A DNA stretch of 64,000 nt from Planctomycetota bacterium (GTDB lineage Bacteria > Planctomycetota > UBA1135 > UBA2386): assembly GCA_020638735.1 (NCBI GenBank), contig JACKHZ010000013.1:277694-341693 (forward strand), read 5' to 3'. Below are positions 6,744 through 15,500 of the stretch, piece after piece. A model generated the notes under the pieces. It was not told the origin of the DNA. It saw only the letters and a list, made by a program, of their open reading frames with translations, and ran no database searches. Position numbers and translations under genes: made by a program. Within the stretch, counting starts at the first letter, position 1. Every line of letters starts with the position of its first letter.

Positions 6744-9158
6744 ATGCGAAATCCAACTGTTCCGCGATGGCGCTGTCTGCGCATTCTCCCGCTGCTGGCC
6801 GGCTGTGCCGCGTTCGCCCAACAGCCTTCCTGGTCACCCGATTGGGCCGTGGCAGGCCTCGGTGGCACCGTCTGGGCGCTCGCCGAATACAACGGCGAAC
6901 TCTACGCCGGCGGCGAGTGGTTCGTGGCCAAAGGCGGCGTGATCCGCGGCCTCGCGCGCTTCGACGGCGTCGATTGGCAGCCGGTCGGCACCGGCGTCGA
7001 CCTGGTCAACTACACGTTCCCGCCGAGCGATGTGCGTGTCGCGGCGATGACGGTCTACAACGGCGAACTCGTGTTCGCCGGCACGTTCGACCGCGTCGGC
7101 GGCCAGGCGATCAGCTACATCGCCCGCTGGAACGGCGCCGCGTTCGCGCCGCTCGGCGCCGGCCTGTCGCTGTCGTTCGACGAAGCCGACGTGCGCGCGC
7201 TGGCGGTGTTCAACAACGAGCTCTACGCCGCCGGGCAGTTCGACCTCGCGGGCGGCCAGCCCGCGGCCGGCATCGCGCGCTGGAACGGCAGTGCGTGGAG
7301 CCCGGTCGGTTCGGGGCTGCGCATGGCCGGCGGTGCCGCGGTCGGCTACCCGCGGGCGCTGCACGTGCACGGCAACGAACTGATCGCGGGTGGCGTGTTC
7401 GGGCTCGCCGGCGGACTGACGGCGAACAACATCGCGCGCTGGAACGGCACCAGCTGGTTGGCGCTCGCGCAGGGCTCGTTCGCGCCGGTGTATGCCCTCG
7501 AGACCTTCGGCACGCAGCTGATCGCAGCCGGCCAGTTCCAGATCGGCGGCTTCACCGCGTTGCCCGGCGCCTGGAACGGAACGTCGTGGAGCGCCGTCGG
7601 CAGCAACCCGCCGGGCCTGCCGTCGGTCGCGCTGCGCACGTTCGGCAGCGCGCTGTTCGCCGACGGCGGCCAGACCGTGTGGCGCTTCGACGGCGCGACG
7701 TGGAGCAACGTCGGCGTCGTGTCGGGCATCTACAACGGCGTGCTGACGACCAACATCCGCACACTGCAGACGGTCGGCGGCGAACTGCTCGTCGGCGGTC
7801 AGTTCACGCGCGCCGGTTCGATCCCGAACCTGCCGCTGGTCGCATCGGCCGGCGCCGTCGCGTTCGACGGCGTGAGCACCTGGCGCACGCTCGGCACCGG
7901 CGAGGGCCTGGACCGCCGGATCGTGCGACTGTTGCCGTGGCGCGGCAGCTGGTTCGCAGCGGGCCAGTTCAGCGAGGCCGGCGGTGCCCCCGCGGTCGGG
8001 CTCGCGCGCTACGACGGCGATCGCTGGCAGCTGTTCGCGCGCGTCGATGGCGGCGTGATCTACGACGCGGCGATCCACCAGGACGGGCTGGTCGTGACCG
8101 GCAACTTCAGCAGCATCGCCGGCCAGGCGTTCCCGGGGGTCGCGCGCTACGACGGCGCCGCGTGGCACCCATTCGGCACGTTCGGCCCGCCGGGGCTGCA
8201 CGCGCACGCGGGCGAGCTCTACGCGTTCGGCGGTTCGGCGCTGACCCGGTGGAACGGCACGTCGTTCGCCGTCGTCGCGACGCCGCCGAGCGGTTCGATC
8301 GATGCGCTGCATTCGCACAGCGACGGTTCGCTGTATGCCGCCAACAACGACTCGGTCAACCATCGCGTGCTGCGTTGGACCGGCTCGCAGCTGCAGCCGA
8401 TCGGAACGGCGAACAACTCCGTGCAGGTGCTCGGCAGCTACGGCGGCGAACTGCTCGCGGGCGGACGGTTCAGCTCGATCGGCGGTGCCGCCGCGGCGCT
8501 GATCGGCAGGTGGAACGGCTCGCAGTGGAGTGCGATGCCGTCGCCGGTCAGCGGCTTCTCCGCGGATGCCTTCTGCGAGTTCGACGGCGACCTGTATGCG
8601 GGCGTCAACGGCGATCCCCGCGGCTTCCTGCTGCGGCTGCGCAACGGCACGTGGTCCGGACTCGGCGCGGGCATCGACGGCGTGCCGAGGCTGTTGTTCG
8701 CCGATCCCGCGGTCGCGAGCGTGTTCGCCAGCGGCGACATCCTGAACGCGGGCGGTGTGCCGAGCCGCAGCCTCGCCGAGTGGCGCACGCAGCCGGACTG
8801 GCGCGATCGCCTGCGCGGGCTCGCGGGCGCCAACGGCGAGCCGCGGTTGTCGGGGCGCGGCGCCGCACAGAGCGGTGCGACGCTGCAATGGACGATCGCC
8901 GGTCCGGTCGGCACGCTCGGCGTGCTGGCGTTCGGCTTCACCCGCGTCGACGCTCCCGCCCTCGGCGGCACCCTGGTGCCGTCGCCGGACGCGACGTTCG
9001 CGTTCGTGACCGACGCGCTCGGTTCGGCGCCCTTCGCGTTGCAGCTGCCGACGCCGACGTCGCCGGGCATCGACGTGTTCGCCCAGGCGTGGCTGCTCGA
9101 TGCCAGCGGCCCGCAGGGCCTGACCGCGACGAACGCGCTGCAGTGCACGACGCGGTGA
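6744..9158 (+). CDS. secreted beta-propeller repeat protein (repeated ARWNG..W..G blades) with shared C-terminal domain
   Basis: The ATG at 6744 gives MRNPTVPRWRCLRILPLLAGCAAFAQQ, a signal peptide. There are more than 10 repeats of the type IARWNGAAFAPLGAGL / IARWNGSAWSPVGSGL / ARYDGDRWQLF / GRWNGSQWSAM. The C-terminal ~110 aa (..FALQLPTPTSPGIDVFAQAWLLDASGPQGLTATNALQCTTR) recur in four other exoproteins here. The part of the ORF-track ORF upstream of 6744 is R-rich and probably not translated. Confidence 0.8.
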   Translation: MRNPTVPRWRCLRILPLLAGCAAFAQQPSWSPDWAVAGLGGTVWALAEYNGELYAGGEWFVAKGGVIRGLARFDGVDWQPVGTGVDLVNYTFPPSDVRVAAMTVYNGELVFAGTFDRVGGQAISYIARWNGAAFAPLGAGLSLSFDEADVRALAVFNNELYAAGQFDLAGGQPAAGIARWNGSAWSPVGSGLRMAGGAAVGYPRALHVHGNELIAGGVFGLAGGLTANNIARWNGTSWLALAQGSFAPVYALETFGTQLIAAGQFQIGGFTALPGAWNGTSWSAVGSNPPGLPSVALRTFGSALFADGGQTVWRFDGATWSNVGVVSGIYNGVLTTNIRTLQTVGGELLVGGQFTRAGSIPNLPLVASAGAVAFDGVSTWRTLGTGEGLDRRIVRLLPWRGSWFAAGQFSEAGGAPAVGLARYDGDRWQLFARVDGGVIYDAAIHQDGLVVTGNFSSIAGQAFPGVARYDGAAWHPFGTFGPPGLHAHAGELYAFGGSALTRWNGTSFAVVATPPSGSIDALHSHSDGSLYAANNDSVNHRVLRWTGSQLQPIGTANNSVQVLGSYGGELLAGGRFSSIGGAAAALIGRWNGSQWSAMPSPVSGFSADAFCEFDGDLYAGVNGDPRGFLLRLRNGTWSGLGAGIDGVPRLLFADPAVASVFASGDILNAGGVPSRSLAEWRTQPDWRDRLRGLAGANGEPRLSGRGAAQSGATLQWTIAGPVGTLGVLAFGFTRVDAPALGGTLVPSPDATFAFVTDALGSAPFALQLPTPTSPGIDVFAQAWLLDASGPQGLTATNALQCTTR

Positions 9159-9304
9159 ATGCGCGCGCGATCCGCCGCGGCGTCGTCGCGCCGGCGCCCG
9201 GGCAGCCCGCCCGGTGGCGCGCTGCGTGCCGCGAGCATGCTGCCGACGTCCGCGTGCTCGCCTACATTGCTGCCGCGCCGGCGCCCTGTCCCGGCCGACA
9301 CGCG

Positions 9305-9874
9305 ATGACCGAACCCCGGCGGGATCCGCAGCACACCGAGGCGAACGCCACCGCCGCGCGGGATCTGGCCGTCGCCGCGCTCTACGGCGAGATCCGCCGC
9401 ATCGCGCGGAACCTGATGCGCGAGGAGCGCAGCAACCACACGCTCGCGCCGACCGCGCTCGCGAACGAGGCGTGGCTGCGGCTGTTCGGCGACGGGCCGT
9501 TGACGTTCGCCAACGATGGCGAGTTCCTCGCCGCCGCCGTCAGCGCGCTGCGCCGCGTGCTCGTGGAGCACGGTCGCCGCCGCGCGGCGCACAAGCGCGG
9601 CGGTGGCCGCATCGAGCCGCTGCTGCAACCGGACCAGGTGCATGCGCCGGTGGCCGACGAGCGCCTGCTCGCGCTCGAGGAGGCGCTAACCCAGCTCGCG
9701 GAGTTCGATCCCGGCAAGGCGAAGCTGGTCGAACTGCGGTTCTTCGGCGGCATGTCGGTCGACGAGGCGGCGCGCGTGCTCGGACTGTCGCCGCGCACGG
9801 TGGCGCGCGACTGGCGTGTGGCGCAGGCGTTCCTGAATGCGCGCCTGAGGGGCTCGGATGACCTGGACGACTGA
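9305..9874 (+). CDS. ECF-type RNA polymerase sigma factor (kinase-associated ECF type, TIGR02999-like)
   Basis: ATG at 9305, 189 aa. The sigma-2-like region is LYGEIRRIARNLMREERSNHTLAPTALANEAWLRL. The sigma-4 HTH region is VELRFFGGMSVDEAARVLGLSPRTVARDWRVAQAFL. It is embedded in a spurious 1187-aa ORF in the track, and its 3' end overlaps the kinase gene by 17 nt. Confidence 0.85.
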   Translation: MTEPRRDPQHTEANATAARDLAVAALYGEIRRIARNLMREERSNHTLAPTALANEAWLRLFGDGPLTFANDGEFLAAAVSALRRVLVEHGRRRAAHKRGGGRIEPLLQPDQVHAPVADERLLALEEALTQLAEFDPGKAKLVELRFFGGMSVDEAARVLGLSPRTVARDWRVAQAFLNARLRGSDDLDD

Positions 9875-12530
9875 ACGCTGGGCGCAGATCGAGCGGATGT
9901 TCCTCGCGGTCTCGGACGAGCCTCCCGCGCGGCGCACGGCATTGCTGCGCGAACGCTGCGGCGACGACGAACGGTTGCGCATCGAAGTCGAGCGCATGCT
10001 GGCGGCCGATGCCGCCGGCCCGGACGGGTTCATCGAACGCGGCGTCGCGTCGCTGTGGCTCGGCGACGACCCGCTGCTCGGGACCTGCGTCGGTGCGTTC
10101 GAACTGCGCGAGCGCATCGCCGATGGGGGCATGGGCACCGTCTATCGCGCCCGCCGCACCGGCGTCGACTTCGATCAGGAAGTCGCGGTCAAGGTGTTGC
10201 GCCTCGGACTCGAGACGCCGGCGATGCGCGGGCGATTCGTGCGCGAGCGGCAGACGCTCGCACGGCTCGTGCACCCGAACGTCGCCCGTCTGCTCGATGG
10301 CGGCACCACGGGCCAGGGCGTGCCCTACATCGTCATGGAATACGTCGACGGCGTCGCGATCGATCGCTTCGCCGCCGCCCACGAACTGACCCTGCGGGCG
10401 CGCCTGCAGCTGTTCGCGGTCGTGTGCCACGCGGTGCAGTTCGCGCACCAGAACCTCGTCGTGCATCTCGACCTGAAGCCCGGCAACATCCTCGTCGACG
10501 GCCGCGGCACGCCGAAGCTGCTCGACTTCGGCGTCGCCGGCCTCGTCGACGACCTCGCGTCGGAACCGGCCGACGGCGCGCTCGGCGCGGCTGCGGTCGC
10601 GCGCCCGATGACGCCCGAGTACGCGAGCCCCGAGCAGCGTCGCGGCGACCGCGTCGGCACCGCGGCGGACGTGTACGCGCTGGGCGCCGTGCTGTTCGAA
10701 CTGCTGACCGGTCTCCGTCCCGATGCGCGCGGCGCGAACGCACCGCTGATCGCGAGCGACGCGTTCGATGCGCGCGTGCCAGGCGTCGGCGCGACGGCCG
10801 CTGCGCGCGCCCGGGTCCGCAGCAGCCGGCCGCACCGCCTGCTGCGCGCGCTGCGCGGCGATCTCGATGCGATCGTCGCCCGCGCGACCGCGGTCGATGC
10901 GACCCAGCGCTACGGATCGTGTGCGGCGCTCGCCGACGACGTCGAACGCCACCTGCGCGGCTTCCCGGTCGAGGCGAACCCGGGCGGCTGGTCGCGGCGG
11001 CTGACGAAGTTCGTCCGCCGTCACGCGCTGTCGGTGGCGGTGGCCGCCGTCGCGGTGCTGTCGCTGCTCATGGGCATCGTCGCGACGGCGCACCTGGCCG
11101 CGATCGCGCGCGATCAGCGCGACGACGCGGCAGCGGCGCGCGAGCACGCCGAGCAGGCTGCCGGGCACGCACGTATCGAGGCGACCTCGAGCCGGATGAT
11201 CGCGGAGTTCCTGGCGGACTCGCTGCTGTCGTCGGGCGCGCTCGCGGACCAGGCCGAACGCACGCGCATGCTGGCGACCATCGACCGTCGCGCCGAGCAA
11301 GCGCGGCGCCAGCACGCGGACAACCCGCATCTGCGCGCGAATCTGCTCGATGCGCTCGGCAGCGCATGCGCTCGGCTCGACGCGTTCGCGGCGGCCGAGA
11401 CGCTGCTGGGCGAGGCCGCGGCGCTGCGCGAGCGCGAGTTCGGCGAACACAGCCTCGAGACCGCGCTGAGCCGCAGCTCGGTCGGCCAGCTCCGCTACCG
11501 GCAAGGTCGCTTCGCCGAAGCCGCGGAACTGCTCGGCGAGGCCTATCGCCTGCACTGCGAATGTGCCCCCGACGTGCACACCGACGTCGCGCAGGCCGCC
11601 AACGACCTCGCCGCTGCCGAACGTGCGCTGGGCAACATCGCGCGCGCGCGCGAGCTGCACGAGCACGCGCTCGCGCTGCGGCGCGCGAGCGGCGATCCGG
11701 TGCTGGTGGCCGAGAGCCTCAACAACCTGGCGGCGATCGCGCCCGACCGCGCCACGGCGATCGCGCAGCTCGCCGAGGCGCTGCGACTGCGCACCGAGGT
11801 GCTCGGCCCGGATCACCCGCTGACGCTGCAGTGCGAAGTCAACTTCGGCGTGCTGAACCTGAACGCCGGCGACTACGAGGCGGCGCGCACGCACTTGGCC
11901 CGCGCGGTGGAGCGCAGCCAGGCGCTGGCGACGCTCGGCATCGATGCGAGGGCCGTCGCGCTGCGTTCCCTCGCGTTCGCGGAGCTGCAGCTCGACCACG
12001 TCGACGCGGCCGCGGCCGCGATCGCCGCGGCGATCGACATCGAGCGCGAGCGCTTCGGTGCCGATCACGTGCGCGTCGCGGCGGCCCTCGAGATCCGCGC
12101 GCTGGTCGAAGAACGGCAGCACGCCGCCGCCGCTGCCGTCGCGACCTGGCGCGAGGTGGTGCGCGTGCGCACGGTCGCGCTGTCGCCGAGCGCAATCCCG
12201 ACGCTGCTGGCGCGCCAGAGCCTCGGCAACGCGCTGGTGCGCGCCGGCGAGCCGGCCGAGGCGACGAGACTGCTCGTGGACGTGGTCGCGGCGCTCGATC
12301 GGCTTGGCCCGCGCGCTGTGCGCGAGGCTGCCGAGGCGCGCGTGTCGTGGGCGCTCGCACGCGAGGCCGACGGCGATCTCGACGGCGCCGAACGGCTGTT
12401 GCGCGAAGCGGCTGCTGCCCTGCCCGCCAGCGACGGCGCCGCCTGGGCCGCGGCCATCCGGGAGCACCAGCGCGCGTTCGGTCGGCGCCACGATCGCGCC
12501 GTCGACGAGGCCGGCGCGCATCGCCGGTGA
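9858..12530 (+). CDS. Ser/Thr protein kinase with TM segment and C-terminal TPR repeats
   Basis: 890-aa ORF. The N-terminus WAQIERMFLAVSDEPPARRTALLRERCGDDERLRIEVERML is typical of ECF-coupled kinases. The Hanks kinase motifs are GGMGTVYRA, VAVKVL, HLDLKPGNILV, KLLDFGVA and TPEYASPEQ. The TM helix is ALSVAVAAVAVLSLLMGIVA. TPR-like repeats follow (LNNLAAI, ALRLRTEVLGPDHP). Confidence 0.9.
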   Translation: MTWTTERWAQIERMFLAVSDEPPARRTALLRERCGDDERLRIEVERMLAADAAGPDGFIERGVASLWLGDDPLLGTCVGAFELRERIADGGMGTVYRARRTGVDFDQEVAVKVLRLGLETPAMRGRFVRERQTLARLVHPNVARLLDGGTTGQGVPYIVMEYVDGVAIDRFAAAHELTLRARLQLFAVVCHAVQFAHQNLVVHLDLKPGNILVDGRGTPKLLDFGVAGLVDDLASEPADGALGAAAVARPMTPEYASPEQRRGDRVGTAADVYALGAVLFELLTGLRPDARGANAPLIASDAFDARVPGVGATAAARARVRSSRPHRLLRALRGDLDAIVARATAVDATQRYGSCAALADDVERHLRGFPVEANPGGWSRRLTKFVRRHALSVAVAAVAVLSLLMGIVATAHLAAIARDQRDDAAAAREHAEQAAGHARIEATSSRMIAEFLADSLLSSGALADQAERTRMLATIDRRAEQARRQHADNPHLRANLLDALGSACARLDAFAAAETLLGEAAALREREFGEHSLETALSRSSVGQLRYRQGRFAEAAELLGEAYRLHCECAPDVHTDVAQAANDLAAAERALGNIARARELHEHALALRRASGDPVLVAESLNNLAAIAPDRATAIAQLAEALRLRTEVLGPDHPLTLQCEVNFGVLNLNAGDYEAARTHLARAVERSQALATLGIDARAVALRSLAFAELQLDHVDAAAAAIAAAIDIERERFGADHVRVAAALEIRALVEERQHAAAAAVATWREVVRVRTVALSPSAIPTLLARQSLGNALVRAGEPAEATRLLVDVVAALDRLGPRAVREAAEARVSWALAREADGDLDGAERLLREAAAALPASDGAAWAAAIREHQRAFGRRHDRAVDEAGAHRR

Positions 12531-12776
12531 CACGCCGCGAGTGTCGCCGCATCGCACTTCGCTCGGCGTCGATGGCGGTATTCGGCCCGACGGCTGCTGG
12601 TCCGCCTGCAAAGGGCGTTGTGCCCGATTTGGCCGTCGCGACCCGGGCGAACGACCTCACCGGCGCGACGTGCCTCGCGTTGGCGCGACGACCGAGTTGC
12701 CCCGGCAACGAGCCGGCGGCAACGAGCCCGCGGGAACGCGCTCGCGCGCGCACTGCGGCGCGTGCATCCTCGCGCC

Positions 12777-13673
12777 ATGCGCATGCACATGCTGATCGGT
12801 CTCGCCGCGAGCGGCTTCGCTGGCCTCGCCGCGCAAACGCCGGCGACGAGCGCGCCGACGGAGTCGGTTGCCGCGTGGAGCCGGTTCACCGCCGAGTCCG
12901 CGCCGCTGCCGAGCACAGCGGAGCTGCCGGCGTTGCTCGATCGGCTGACGGCGCTGCTCGCCAATCCCGACCCGGCGCTGCGCGACGACGTCGCCTACAC
13001 GCTGTTGTCGAAGTGGCTGCGCGCGCCGCACCTCGTCAGCGACGAGCAGTGTCGCGCGCTCGTCGGCACGTGGTCGGCGAGGCTCACGGCCGGCGTCGGC
13101 GAACGCGACACCGATGCGGTCTGCGGCCGCTCGTTCGCCGCGCTGAGCCTCGCGCTGCTCGCGGCGCGCGACCTCGATGCACCGTTCCTCGATCGCGCGG
13201 CGTTCGACGCGTTGTTGGCCGCGGCGCTCGACTACTTCGCCGCCGAACGCGACGTGCGCGGGCTCGACGCGCGGCTCGGCTGGGTGCATTCGGTCGCGCA
13301 CACGGCCGACCTGCTGACGTTCCTCGCGCGCAGCCCGCAGCTGTCGGTGCCGCAGCAGGCGGCGCTGCTCGCTGCGATCTCGGCGAAGCTCGCCACTGTC
13401 GAGGTGCCGCTGGTCGCCGGTGAGGACGAGCGCATCGCGCGCGCGATCCTGTCCGTGTGCGCGCGCGACGACTTCGCGCGCGGCGCGTTCGCGGCGTGGC
13501 TCGCGGCGCTGTGCCGCGAACGCTATCGCGGCGAGCCGCTCGTCGAGCTGGCGCGTCGCGAGAACCGGAAGCACGTGCTGGTGTCGTTGTTCGCGCTGCT
13601 GTCGCTCGACGAGCGCACGGCGCCGTCGCTGGCGACCGCGCGCGACGAACTGCGCCGCGCGCTCGGCGGCTGA
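12777..13673 (+). CDS. hypothetical secreted helical-repeat protein (possibly DUF2785-like)
   Basis: The ATG at 12777 gives MRMHMLIGLAASGFAGLAAQTPA, a signal peptide. The helical body contains LRDDVAYTLLSKWL and LGWVHSVAHTADLLTFLA. The family call is tentative and from memory. Confidence 0.6.
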   Translation: MRMHMLIGLAASGFAGLAAQTPATSAPTESVAAWSRFTAESAPLPSTAELPALLDRLTALLANPDPALRDDVAYTLLSKWLRAPHLVSDEQCRALVGTWSARLTAGVGERDTDAVCGRSFAALSLALLAARDLDAPFLDRAAFDALLAAALDYFAAERDVRGLDARLGWVHSVAHTADLLTFLARSPQLSVPQQAALLAAISAKLATVEVPLVAGEDERIARAILSVCARDDFARGAFAAWLAALCRERYRGEPLVELARRENRKHVLVSLFALLSLDERTAPSLATARDELRRALGG

Positions 13674-13690
13674 TGCCGCGGTGTGGCATC

Positions 13691-14107
13691 ATGGCGCGCA
13701 TGTCGAACGCCCCTCGTGTTCCATCGCCGCTGGTCCTCGCCGCGGCCACCGCCGTGCTGGGCGCGCTGCCGGCCCAGGCACCGAATCCGCAGCGCGTCGC
13801 ATTCGTCGCGGTCGGTTCGGTGCCCGCCGCACGCGCGCTCGCGTTCGAGCAGTTCTTCGCGCAGCGGTTCGCGACCGTGCGGCGCGTCGGCGCCGAGCAG
13901 ATCGCGACCGCGGACCTCGCCGACATCGACGTCGTCGTGCTCGACTGGCCGCAAGCCGACGGCGTCAGCAAGTGGATGGGCGACCGTTCGCTGCCGGTGG
14001 TGGCGCCGCTCGGCGAACGCGCCCTGTGGCGCACGCCGACGGTGCTGCTCGGCAGCGCCGGACTGAATCTCGCGGTCGCGTGGGACGTGCGCGGCGGCGC
14101 GGGTTGA
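13691..14107 (+). CDS. hypothetical secreted protein as conventionally called; ends at a TGA that may be read through (see 14108..14280)
   Basis: The ATG at 13691 gives MARMSNAPRVPSPLVLAAATAVLGALPAQAP, a signal peptide. The body is VAFVAVGSVPAARALAFEQFFAQRF...IDVVVLDWPQADGVSKWMG. The TGA lies at 14105-14107. Confidence 0.6.
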   Translation: MARMSNAPRVPSPLVLAAATAVLGALPAQAPNPQRVAFVAVGSVPAARALAFEQFFAQRFATVRRVGAEQIATADLADIDVVVLDWPQADGVSKWMGDRSLPVVAPLGERALWRTPTVLLGSAGLNLAVAWDVRGGAG

Positions 14108-14280
14108 ACGTGCCTCGCACCCTTCGCGTACGGGCTACGCGAACACGAGATCTTCCGAACGCCGAAGCCGATCGACCGGACCGGCATGATCGAGGAGCCG
14201 AGCGGTGCGTGGGCCGGATACGTGCCGGGCAAGCCGGCGACGTTGTCGTTCCTGCCGCTCGCGCGCGCGGGCGAAGGGAG
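14108..14280 (+). other. coding-like continuation, in the same frame as 13691..14107, running up to the IS91 fragment B boundary
   Basis: The same reading frame after the TGA gives TCLAPFAYGLREHEIFRTPKPIDRTGMIEEPSGAWAGYVPGKPATLSFLPLARAGEG. This has F/Y/H/I/K/E-rich composition, unlike non-coding frames of this genome. It ends abruptly at the IS end (14281). Confidence 0.45.
14123..14143 (+). promoter_or_regulatory. candidate SECIS-like hairpin downstream of the in-frame TGA at 14105
   Basis: UUCGCGUA-CGGGC-UACGCGAA forms an 8-bp perfect stem with a 5-nt loop that has G at loop position 2. The loop starts 23 nt after the UGA. No U-tract follows, so it is not a typical intrinsic terminator. 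Confidence 0.35.
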
Positions 14281-15500
14281 GGGGATAGGTCGTCCAAGCT
14301 GCAGTCCGGCCCACCCGAACCGCACGACCGCGTCGATCCACGATCCTTCGCCCCCCGTCGACCCGCCTTCGGACCCCGCCCAACCCGGGCACTCTTGCCG
14401 AAATCCCCCTTCCAGCCAACACCCCGCCCCCGCCGCGACCCTTCGCCCGTGGCCTCCGCTCCCTCACCTCACGCGCCCCACCACTCCGGCCCTCCCGGCG
14501 GCGCCCGCGCCGGCGCTACTTGCGCCACCTCACACGGCAACCCCATCGCCCGCAGCACCTTCTCGATCGCATCCGGCGCGGTGATCGCCGCCAGCAGCCG
14601 ACGCACGCCGCCGCAATGCGGACAGACGAGCACGTCGATCGCGAACACCCGCCGCAGCAGTTCCGCCCACGGATAGCGGCGACGACGCATCGTCGCGCAA
14701 CCCGGCCGACCGCCGTTCGGTGCATGCGGGACCGTTCTGCGTCTCAGGCGCAACGCGAGCACCGCCTGCACGGCCCGCTGCTCCGGCACCGCATCGACGC
14801 CTTCGTCCGCCACCGCCTCTACCTCATCCACCCGAGGCACAACCCGCGAACGCAACCCCGCCGCCGGCGCCAACACGCCGTGATACGTCACCAGGTGCCG
14901 CCGCGGCGGCGGTACCAATGCCAGCAGCCGCTCGATCAGCACCTCCGGCTCCATCACGACGTGTGTCGAACCGTCCTTCCACCGCCGCTTCAGCGAGTAC
15001 GCCACCCGCCCATCCGGCAGCAGTGACAACCGCGACTCCGCGATCGCCGCACGACCCGCGTAGCGCAGCAGGTGCTCCAATCGCTTGCGATCCCCCGCCG
15101 CGACACGCACCCCGGCGTGCAGCGAGAAGCCGTCGTGATCCGCGCACAGCGGGCCCTTCACGAACGGTTCCGCACGCGTGCCGCGACCGACCCGCACGTC
15201 GATCTGCCCGGCGCGTTCACCCAGCGCGGCGCGACCCGTCACCGCACCCGATGCCAGCGTCAGCATCGTCTGCTGCTCGCCATCGACGACCTCGCTCGCA
15301 TCCGCCGCATCGCCTTCGTCCCACCACTTGCCCGCCTTCTTCAGCTCCCTCGTCACACGCGCGCCGATGCGCCGCACCTGTGCTGCCACGTCCGCGTCGG
15401 TCAGCCCTTCGTGCTCGTGCCACGCGACCTCCCCGCGGCCGGGCTGCCAGGAGTACACACCGTCGAGCCACACCACATGGAAGTGCACGTTCAGCCGCAG
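14281..15500 (-). mobile_element. IS91-family element, fragment B: oriIS-like end plus ~340 C-terminal codons of the transposase (5'-truncated)
   Basis: The transposase part runs from [33 protein letters not shown]... to ...CPHCGGVRRLLAAITAPDAIEKVLRAMGLPCEVAQVAPARAPPGGPEWWGA. The tail is nearly identical to copy C. Comparison with copy D shows homology ends after ...gttcagccgcag (15500). By chance the fragment is fused in frame to the neighbouring gene remnant, which produces the 531-aa track ORF 14469..16064. Confidence 0.85.

Noticed and set aside
6311-9874. 1187-aa ORF on the + strand, and similar giants. Examples: 9540..12611(-), 10055..13423(+), 23167..26421(-), 31797..34811(+), 37508..39799(+), 39526..42360(-), 51689..54601(-), 56053..57891(+), 57719..59473(+), 61407..62789(+).
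   Set aside because: Their translations are monotonous R/A/P/G-rich strings with no motifs. They overlap frames that show signal peptides, catalytic motifs and diverse composition. Long stop-free shadow ORFs are expected at this G+C level. Only the last 189 codons of 6311..9874 (the ECF sigma) are accepted.
14123-14143. Interpreting the hairpins after the TGAs at 14105 and 62749 as intrinsic transcription terminators
   Set aside because: Neither hairpin is followed by a U-tract. In both cases coding-quality sequence continues in the same frame. At 62749 the downstream part contains the rest of the same protein fold.
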